Assembly (NCBI GenBank): GCA_035627015.1
Contig: DASPMO010000081.1
Location: forward strand, 8,339 to 72,338
Direction of reading: 5' to 3'
Origin: Thermoanaerobaculia bacterium
GTDB lineage: Bacteria > Acidobacteriota > Thermoanaerobaculia > Gp7-AA8
Length of the DNA: 64,000 nucleotides
Positions 57,152 through 64,000 of the stretch are shown here, in pieces (position 1 is the stretch's first letter; each line of letters begins with the position of its first letter). Made by a program: the position numbers and the translations under genes. The notes beneath the pieces are model-generated. The model did no database searches and had not been told where the DNA came from. It saw only the letters and a list, made by a program, of their open reading frames with translations.

Positions 57152-57413
57152 AAGGACACGCCATGACTCTCTCTCTCGCTGTTCGCATTGCTGTCGCCCT
57201 GAAAGACGCGTATCCGTAACTGGTCAACCAACAACAGGCCTCGAACCACAGCTCGAATCGACGCGTAACCGCAGTCGGAATCGGTCACTGACGAACCAGT
57301 AACGAACCAGTCCGGTGAATGCCCTCGCGGGCGTCTCCCTGTGCCAGGCTCGTCCTTCGAAAGCGATCCAACGACCTGCTCCGCTACGCGTGTGCCCGAA
57401 GACCGGAGACTCC

Positions 57414-60400
57414 ATGTTCCAGCGAGACACGATCCCGTCACTTTTCGAACGCCAGGTGGAGCGCACTCCCGATCGCGTGGCCGTGGCCTGCGAGGGAGTG
57501 GAGCTCACGTACGCCGCGCTGCAGGCACGCGCCAACGGCGTGACCCGTCACCTCCTCGACTCCGGCGTGCGCGCCGAAGAGCCGGTGGCGGTGGTGATGC
57601 CGCGCTGCGCGGAAGCGATCGCCGCGCTCCTCGGGGTGATGCGCGCGGGCGCGGCCTTCGTGCCGCTCGATCCCGATGCGCCGGCCGCGCGCCGCGAGCA
57701 GATGATGCGCGAGCTCGGCGTCCGCTTCGTCATCGCCGCGGCGGACGACAGCGTGGCGACGGTCGACACGCCGGCAGTCGAGCCCAATCAGCTCGCCTAC
57801 ATCATCCACACCTCCGGCTCGACGGGATTGCCGAAAGGGGTGATGGTCGAGCACCGCTCGGTCGTCAACCTCTGGCAGGCGCTGAACGAAGCCGTCTACC
57901 GCGAGCTGCGCGACGAGCCGCTGCGCGTCAGCGTCAACGGACCGCTGACCTTCGACACGTCCGTCAAGCAGTGGATCCAGCTCTTCTCCGGCCGCACGCT
58001 GGAGATCGTCCCGCAGGACGTCCGCTTCGAGGGACCGCGCATGCTCGCCTTTCTGGCCGGGCGCCGCGTCGACGTCCTCGACTGCACGCCGTCGCAACTG
58101 CGCCTGCTGCTGGAGGCGGGACTGGCGGATGCGACCGAGGGCGTACCGCGCATCGCCCTGATCGGCGGCGAGGCCATCGACGCGCGCGAATGGGACGCGC
58201 TGCGCCGCTCGAAGCGCACGCGGTTCTTCAATGTCTACGGCCCGACCGAGTGCACCGTCGATGCGACCGCCTGTGCCGTCGACGAGCACGACGCGCCGAC
58301 GCTTGGCCGGCCGCTGCCGAACGTCTCGGTGCACCTCATCGACGGCGAGATCTGCATCGGCGGCGCGGGCGTGGCGCGCGGCTACTTCGGCCAGCCCGAG
58401 CTGACCGCGCGCAAGTTCGTGGAGAACGGGCACGGCCGGATCTATCGCACGGGCGACCTCGGCCTGCTGCACGAGGACGGCACGATCGAGTACCGCGGCC
58501 GCAACGACGACCAGGTGAAGATCCGCGGCATCCGCATCGAGCCCGGCGAGGTCGCGGCCGCGCTGCAGCAGGTGGACGGCGTGGCCGCCGCGGTAGTCGT
58601 GGCGCGCGAGGACGAGCCGGGGGACAAGCGGCTGGTCGCGTACTACACCGGCACGATCGCGGCCTCCGCGCTGCGCGCCGCCGCCATCGAGCGGCTGCCC
58701 GACGCCCTCGTTCCCTCCGCGTTCGTGGCCCTGGAGACCATTCCCCTGAACGCGCACGGCAAGGTCGACCGCAAGGCGCTGCCGAAGCCGGAGTACGGGC
58801 GCGCCGGCGGGACGTACGCCGCGCCGCGCGATGCGGTCGAGGAAGCGATCGCCGCGGCGTGGAGCGACGTGCTGCACGTCGCCAGGCCCGGCATCGACGA
58901 CAACTTCTTCGCCCTCGGCGGGCACTCGCTGCTGGCCACGCGCGTGGCCGCGCGCATCCAGGAATCGTTCGGCGTGCGCCTTCCGCTGCGCACGCTCTTC
59001 GCCCGCCCGACCATCGCCGGCGTGGCCAGCGAGCTGCGCGCGCTCATCGCCGGCGGCACCGCCGTCGCGCCGGCGATCGTGCATCGCGGCGGCGAGACCG
59101 TGCGGGCCTCGCTGGCGCAGGAGCGCCTGCTCTTCCTCAGCGAGCTGACGCCGGACGATCGCGCCTACGACGTCATCAAGCGTTACGACATCGACGGGCC
59201 GCTCGACGGCGACGCGCTCACGCGCGCGCTGAACTTCGTCATCGCCCGGCACGATTCGCTGCGCACGCGGTTCGAGCATCGCGCCGGACAGTGGCTGCAG
59301 GTCGTCGCCCCGAAGCTGGAGATCCCGCTGCTCCTCTCCGCGGACGCCACGCTGCCGCCGTTCGACCTCCGCCGCGGCCCGCTCACCAGGGCAAAGCTCG
59401 TGCGCGTCGGGAACGATCGCCACTCGCTCTTCGTCGCCTTCCATCACACGATCTTCGACGGCTGGTCCGCGGAGATCTTCCAGCGCGAGCTGGTCGAGGC
59501 GTACGACGCGTTCGCCACCGGGCGGGCGCCGCGGCTCGAGGAGCTCCCGCTGCAGTTCGGCGACTTCGCCGAGGCGCAGCGCAACGCGCTCGAGGGCGAC
59601 GCGCTGCCGCCGCTGCTTACGTACTGGAAAGCGCAGCTCGACGGCGTGACGGTGCTGAACCTCCCCGTCGATCGCGTGCGCCCCGCCAATCCGACCTCCG
59701 CCGGAGACCGCCGCGCGTCGACCGTCGCCGCGCGCACCCTCGACGCGCTGCGCCGCATCGCCGAGGAAGAGCAGGCCACCCTCTTCATGGTGCTGCTGGC
59801 CGCGTACGACGTCCTGCTGCACCGCCACTCCGGGCAGCGCGACATCGCCGTCGGCACGCCCGTCGCCAACCGCGACTCCGCCGCCAGCGAGCGCGCCATC
59901 GGCTTCTTCGCCAACACGCTCGTCCTGCGCGCCGACCTCACCGGCGATCCGACGTTCCGCGAGCTCGTGGCCCGCGTGCGCGAGGTCTGCCTCGGCGCCT
60001 ACGCGCATCAGGAGCTGCCGTTCGAGAAGCTGGTCGCGGAGCTGAACCCCGACCGCGCCCTCAGCCGCAACCCGCTCTTCCAGACGATGTTCGTCTACCA
60101 GAACGAGGCCGCCGCGCCGGTGCGCGCGGGCGGCGCCACGTTCACCGCCGGCACGCCGGGCAACGGCACGACGAAGTTCGACCTGATGTTCTCCGCGGTG
60201 CCGTCGCCGGACGGCCTGCACTGCGCGTTCGACTTCAGCACGGAGCTGTTCCACTCCGCCACGATCGAGCGGATGCTCGGCCACCTCGGCACGCTCCTCG
60301 AGGCCGCGGCCGCCGATCCCGATTGCCGCATCTCCGCCCTCCCTCTCCTCACACCCGCCGAGCGCCGCCAGCTCGAGGCGTGGAACCACACCGAGCTCGC

Positions 60401-63400
60401 CTACTCCGAGAGCGACGACGAGCCGCTGGTCCACGAGCTGTTCGAGGAGGAAGTGGCGCGCATGCCCAACGCGCCGGCGCTCTGGTTCCGCGGCGAGACG
60501 ATGTCGTACCGCGAGCTCGACGCGCGCACGAACCAGCTGGCGCGGTTCCTCCGCTCGCGGGGGGCGCGCCCCGGCGCGATCGTGGCCCTCAGCCTGGAGC
60601 GCTCCTTCGAGATGGCCATGGCCATCGTGGCCACGCTCAAGAGCGGCGCGGCCTATCTGCCCCTCGCTCCCGACTATCCGGTCGAGCGCCTGCGCTACAC
60701 GCTGGCGGAGGCGCAGCCGGTGATCGTGCTGACACAGGAGCGCTTCGTGGAGAGCGTCGCCGCCGGCGGCGTGCCCACGCTGGCGCTCGACGCCGAGTGG
60801 CCGCGCGTCGCGCAGGAGAGCACCGCGCGCATCGCCTCCCGCGCCACGCCCGGCGATCTCGCGTACGTCATCTACACGTCCGGCTCGACCGGGCGGCCGA
60901 AGGGCGTGATGAACACGCACCGCGGCATCATCAATCGCCTGCTGTGGTTCCAGCACGCGTATCACGCCATCGGCTACGGCGACGCCGTGATGCAGAAGAC
61001 GCCGTACGGCTTCGACATCTCGGTGTGGGAGCTCCTCTGGCCGCTCATCACCGGCGCGCGGCTGGTCATCGCCGAGCCGGGGGGGCATCAGGACGCGCCG
61101 TACCTCATCGACCTCATTCGCCGCGAGCGCGTGACCGTCGCGCACTTCGTGCCGTCGATGCTGCAGATCTTCCTCGACGAGAAGGAAGCGAAGACGTGCA
61201 CGTCGCTGCGTCACGTGATCTGCAGCGGCGAGGCGTTGCCGCTCGAGCTGGCCAGGCGCTTCGCCGCCGCCCTGCCGGCGGAGCTGCACAACCTCTACGG
61301 GCCGACCGAGGCCGCGGTCGAGGTGACGTACTGGCCCTGCTCGATGGAGAGCGGCGCCGCGTCGGTCCCCATCGGCTTCCCGGTCGCCAACGTGCAGATC
61401 CGCATCCTCGACGAACGACTGCAGCCGGTGCCGGCGGGCGTGCCGGGCGAGCTGTTCATCGGCGGCGTGGCGGTCGCGCGCGGCTATCTGGCCCGTCCCG
61501 ACCTCACCGCGGAGAAGTTCATCGCCGATCCGTTCAGCAGCGAGCCGGGCGCGCGCATGTACCGCAGCGGCGATCTCGCGCGCTGGCTCCCCAACGGCGC
61601 CGTCGAGTACCTCGGGCGCCTCGATCATCAGGTCAAGATCCGCGGCTTCCGCATCGAGCTCGGCGAGATCGAGGCCGTGCTCCTGCAGATGCCGTCCGTG
61701 CGCGATGCCGTGGTCGTGGCGCACGAGCCCGCGCCGGGCGACAAGCGCCTGGCCGCCTACGTCGTGGCGCGCGACGGCTACACCATCGACGTCGACGAGC
61801 TGCGGGCCGGCCTCGAAGAGCGCCTGCCCGAGTACATGGTGCCGGCGGCGTTCACGATCCTGGAGGCGCTGCCGCTCAACACCAACGGCAAGTGCGACCG
61901 CAAGGCCCTTCCCGCGCCCGACTACGGCACGCACAAGGTGGCCGTGCACGTCGCGCCGCGCAACGCCATCGAGCAGGCCGTCGCGGAGATCTGGTGCGAG
62001 GCCCTGGGCGTCCCGGGCGTCGGCTCGTACGACGACTTCTTCGCCCGCGGCGGTCACTCCATCCTGGCCATGAAAGTCGTGGCCCGCCTCCGCGAGACCT
62101 TCGGCGTGGAGCTCAAGCTGCACACGTTCTTCTCCGCGCCGACCGTGGCCGGACTGGCCGAAGCGATCGTCGCGGCGCGCGGCAGCAGCGTCCCCACCGC
62201 GCCGAAGATCACGCCGCGCGGCGCGGACGAGCTGGAGTTGCCGCTGTCGTTCGCGCAGGAGCGCCTCTGGTTCCTCGACCAGCTCGAGTCGGGGCCGTTC
62301 TACAACATCAGCCGCGCCTACGCGCTGCGCGGCCCGCTGGACGTCGAGGCGCTGCAGCGCGCGCTGTCGCGCATCGTCGAGCGGCACGAGATCCTGCGCA
62401 CGCGCTATGCCGGCACGTCGCGCGGCGCGGTGCAGTTCGTCGAGGCGCCGCGTCCGGTGGTGCTGCAGCCGGTCGACCTGCGCGGATGCGCGGACGCCGC
62501 CGCGGAAGTGCGGCGCCTGCGCCACGAGGACTGGGCCACGCCGTTCGACCTCGGCAACGGTCCGATTATCCGATTCCAGTTGCTGCGCCTGGCCGACGAC
62601 GAGCACAAGCTCCTGGTCGGCTTCCACCACATCGTCTTCGACGGCTGGTCGGGCGACGTCTTCCTCCACGAGCTGGGCGTGCTGTACGGCGCCTTCGTGC
62701 AGGGCGCGTCCGATCCGCTGCCGGAGCTGCCGCTGCAGTACGCCGACTTCGCGCTGTGGCAGCGCCGCACGTTCCGCGGCGAGACGGCGGCCACGCTCAC
62801 CTCCTACTGGAAGCAGCGCCTGGCGCGTGCCTCGGGACGGCTCGAGCTGCCGACCGATCATTCGCGCGCGCAGTTCCGCGGCTTCAACGCCGCGCGCGAG
62901 ACCATCGCCCTCGACGCCGCCGAGCTCGCGGCCATCCGCAAGCTCTCCGCCGCCGCGGGCACGACGCTCTTCATGACGCTGGCCGGCACGTTCCAGCTCC
63001 TGCTGTCGCGCTACTCCGGACAGACCGACGTCACCGTGGGCACGCCCATCGCCGGACGCATGCAGCGCGAGCTCGAAGGGCTGATCGGCTTCTTCGCCAA
63101 CACGCTCGTGCTGCACGGCGACGTGGCCGGCAACCCCACGTTCCGCGAGCTGCTCGAGCGCACGCGCGAGGCCTGCGTCGGCGCGTACGCGCACCAGGAC
63201 ATGCCCTTCGAGAAGCTGGTCGAAGAGATCAATCCCGTGCGCGACCTCACGCGCAACCCGCTCTTCCAGACCATGTTCCTCCTCGAGACCGGCATCCCGG
63301 CGCCAGTGGCCGCGGGCGGGCTCGAGATCGAGCAGGAGCCGGCCCAGAACGCGACGGCGAAGTTCGACCTCACGCTCATCACCACCACCGCCGGCGACGG

Positions 63401-64000
63401 CCTCACCTGCGCCATCGAGTACAGCACCGGCCTCTTCGAAGGCTCCACGATTCGGCGCATGCTCGAGCATTACCGCACGCTCCTGCGCGGCGCGGCGGCC
63501 AACCCGGACGAGCGCGTCCTGGAGCTGCCGATGGTCGACGCCAGCGAGCGCCGCATGGCGTCGTCGCGCGCGTTCTCCGATACGCATGACGCCACGATCG
63601 CCGAGCTCTTCGAGCAACAGGCGGCGCGCACGCCGAAGCGGATCGCGGTCTCCTGCGGCGACGAGTCGATCACCTACGCGGAGCTGAGCGCGCGCGCCAA
63701 CGGTGTGGCCCGCGAGCTGCTCCGCCTCGGCGCGTCGGCCGAGGAGCCGGTGGCCGCCTGCTTCGAGCGCTCCATCGACGCCATCGTCGCGCTGACCGGC
63801 ATCCTCAAGGCCGGCTGCACGTTCGTCCCGCTCGATCCCGAGGCGCCGGCATCGCGCAACGCGCACGTCGTCGAGGACATCGCCGCGCGGATCGTGCTCA
63901 CGCACGCCGCCGCCCGCGCGCGCGTGCCGGCCGCGCAGCACGTGATCGACCTCGCGGAGATCGCGGCCACGAACGCCGCGCCGGGCGTCCGCCACGGCGA
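57414..64000 (+). CDS. non-ribosomal peptide synthetase, 5' part (A-T-C-A-T-C-A...), continues beyond the window; this frame is absent from the supplied ORF track
   Basis: Translated by hand from ATG 57414 (GGAG 6 nt upstream): MFQRDTIPSLFERQVERTPDRVAVAC... Motifs found in order: LAYIIHTSGSTGLPKG (57792), NVYGPTECTVDAT, YRTGDLG, GRNDDQVKIRGIRIEPGEV, FFALGGHSLLA (58905), HHTIFDG (59442), DLAYVIYTSGSTGRPKG (60855), FFARGGHSILA (62037), HHIVFDG (62625), and a third A-domain start IAELFEQQAARTPKRIAV (about 63600). All motifs sit in the same frame (codon starts divisible by 3). Confidence 0.9.
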   Translation, partial: MFQRDTIPSLFERQVERTPDRVAVACEGVELTYAALQARANGVTRHLLDSGVRAEEPVAVVMPRCAEAIAALLGVMRAGAAFVPLDPDAPAARREQMMRELGVRFVIAAADDSVATVDTPAVEPNQLAYIIHTSGSTGLPKGVMVEHRSVVNLWQALNEAVYRELRDEPLRVSVNGPLTFDTSVKQWIQLFSGRTLEIVPQDVRFEGPRMLAFLAGRRVDVLDCTPSQLRLLLEAGLADATEGVPRIALIGGEAIDAREWDALRRSKRTRFFNVYGPTECTVDATACAVDEHDAPTLGRPLPNVSVHLIDGEICIGGAGVARGYFGQPELTARKFVENGHGRIYRTGDLGLLHEDGTIEYRGRNDDQVKIRGIRIEPGEVAAALQQVDGVAAAVVVAREDEPGDKRLVAYYTGTIAASALRAAAIERLPDALVPSAFVALETIPLNAHGKVDRKALPKPEYGRAGGTYAAPRDAVEEAIAAAWSDVLHVARPGIDDNFFALGGHSLLATRVAARIQESFGVRLPLRTLFARPTIAGVASELRALIAGGTAVAPAIVHRGGETVRASLAQERLLFLSELTPDDRAYDVIKRYDIDGPLDGDALTRALNFVIARHDSLRTRFEHRAGQWLQVVAPKLEIPLLLSADATLPPFDLRRGPLTRAKLVRVGNDRHSLFVAFHHTIFDGWSAEIFQRELVEAYDAFATGRAPRLEELPLQFGDFAEAQRNALEGDALPPLLTYWKAQLDGVTVLNLPVDRVRPANPTSAGDRRASTVAARTLDALRRIAEEEQATLFMVLLAAYDVLLHRHSGQRDIAVGTPVANRDSAASERAIGFFANTLVLRADLTGDPTFRELVARVREVCLGAYAHQELPFEKLVAELNPDRALSRNPLFQTMFVYQNEAAAPVRAGGATFTAGTPGNGTTKFDLMFSAVPSPDGLHCAFDFSTELFHSATIERMLGHLGTLLEAAAADPDCRISALPLLTPAERRQLEAWNHTELAYSESDDEPLVHELFEEEVARMPNAPALWFRGETMSYRELDARTNQLARFLRSRGARPGAIVALSLERSFEMAMAIVATLKSGAAYLPLAPDYPVERLRYTLAEAQPVIVLTQERFVESVAAGGVPTLALDAEWPRVAQESTARIASRATPGDLAYVIYTSGSTGRPKGVMNTHRGIINRLLWFQHAYHAIGYGDAVMQKTPYGFDISVWELLWPLITGARLVIAEPGGHQDAPYLIDLIRRERVTVAHFVPSMLQIFLDEKEAKTCTSLRHVICSGEALPLELARRFAAALPAELHNLYGPTEAAVEVTYWPCSMESGAASVPIGFPVANVQIRILDERLQPVPAGVPGELFIGGVAVARGYLARPDLTAEKFIADPFSSEPGARMYRSGDLARWLPNGAVEYLGRLDHQVKIRGFRIELGEIEAVLLQMPSVRDAVVVAHEPAPGDKRLAAYVVARDGYTIDVDELRAGLEERLPEYMVPAAFTILEALPLNTNGKCDRKALPAPDYGTHKVAVHVAPRNAIEQAVAEIWCEALGVPGVGSYDDFFARGGHSILAMKVVARLRETFGVELKLHTFFSAPTVAGLAEAIVAARGSSVPTAPKITPRGADELELPLSFAQERLWFLDQLESGPFYNISRAYALRGPLDVEALQRALSRIVERHEILRTRYAGTSRGAVQFVEAPRPVVLQPVDLRGCADAAAEVRRLRHEDWATPFDLGNGPIIRFQLLRLADDEHKLLVGFHHIVFDGWSGDVFLHELGVLYGAFVQGASDPLPELPLQYADFALWQRRTFRGETAATLTSYWKQRLARASGRLELPTDHSRAQFRGFNAARETIALDAAELAAIRKLSAAAGTTLFMTLAGTFQLLLSRYSGQTDVTVGTPIAGRMQRELEGLIGFFANTLVLHGDVAGNPTFRELLERTREACVGAYAHQDMPFEKLVEEINPVRDLTRNPLFQTMFLLETGIPAPVAAGGLEIEQEPAQNATAKFDLTLITTTAGDGLTCAIEYSTGLFEGSTIRRMLEHYRTLLRGAAANPDERVLELPMVDASERRMASSRAFSDTHDATIAELFEQQAARTPKRIAVSCGDESITYAELSARANGVARELLRLGASAEEPVAACFERSIDAIVALTGILKAGCTFVPLDPEAPASRNAHVVEDIAARIVLTHAAARARVPAAQHVIDLAEIAATNAAPGVRHG

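Noticed and set aside
57163-57219. 18-codon ORF (MTLSLAVRIAVALKDAYP) with an AAAGGA RBS in the NRPS leader region
   Set aside because: It is too short to evaluate and has no associated terminator or antiterminator structure that I could find. It could be chance, so I note it only as a possibility.
57341-63995. 2082-aa plus-strand ORF (57341..63589) and 2185-aa minus-strand ORF (57438..63995)
   Set aside because: Both are Arg/Ala/Gly/Pro-rich and lack motifs. The third frame, starting at 57414, carries all NRPS core motifs in order, so these are off-frame and antisense shadows.

Overview
GC-rich bacterial chromosomal segment. It is probably from an Acidobacteria-like organism; that inference rests on the VWFA-related protein at 34881-36260 and the overall gene content, and no search was run. 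Most ORF-track entries are antisense or off-frame shadow ORFs typical of high-GC DNA. About 50 real genes can be supported. Map, left to right: (1) ferritin-like diiron gene, an ISL3 transposase remnant next to tRNA-Gly(CCC), and pheA preceded by an attenuator-like leader. (2) A repeat-filled intergenic region with eight 21-bp tandem units and a G-quadruplex-type tract. (3) A minus-strand cluster: LuxR-type response regulator, roughly 1600-aa multicopper oxidase, YVTN beta-propeller protein, ABC ATPase and large ABC-2 permease. (4) An apparently inserted, decaying defence island of about 8 kb (about 13.9-21.9 kb). It holds a type I R-M system in hsdR-hsdS-hsdM order with a split hsdS, a PD-(D/E)XK (NucS-like) nuclease with a PUA/EVE-like C-terminal domain, and a frameshifted GIY-YIG gene. 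Its left edge is marked by an orphan 3' fragment paralogous to the gene ending at 24407. (5) A coupled pair of membrane proteins (SRPBCC; ICMT-like methyltransferase with a CxxC tail). (6) A wHTH-AAA-TPR regulator followed by a 1167-aa BNR/Asp-box protein. (7) Housekeeping genes: Xer-type recombinase, GNAT, Slt, VWA, mfd, two parvulin PPIases, cobB, radC, ilvE, SDR, rhomboid, a methyltransferase, rpsF-rpsR-DUF2232-rplI and ansA. (8) A MacB/Lol-like ABC module with a LolA-like protein and an OM barrel, a NarL-type two-component system, and the start of a large NRPS (A-T-C-A-T-C-A...). The true NRPS reading frame is missing from the supplied ORF track because it runs off the window. Non-genic structure is unusually rich: two families of GC-rich palindromic MITE/REP-like elements, one copy nested in another; a short hairpin element present in both intergenic and coding DNA; and two 21-bp tandem arrays. 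No CRISPR array and no rRNA were seen.
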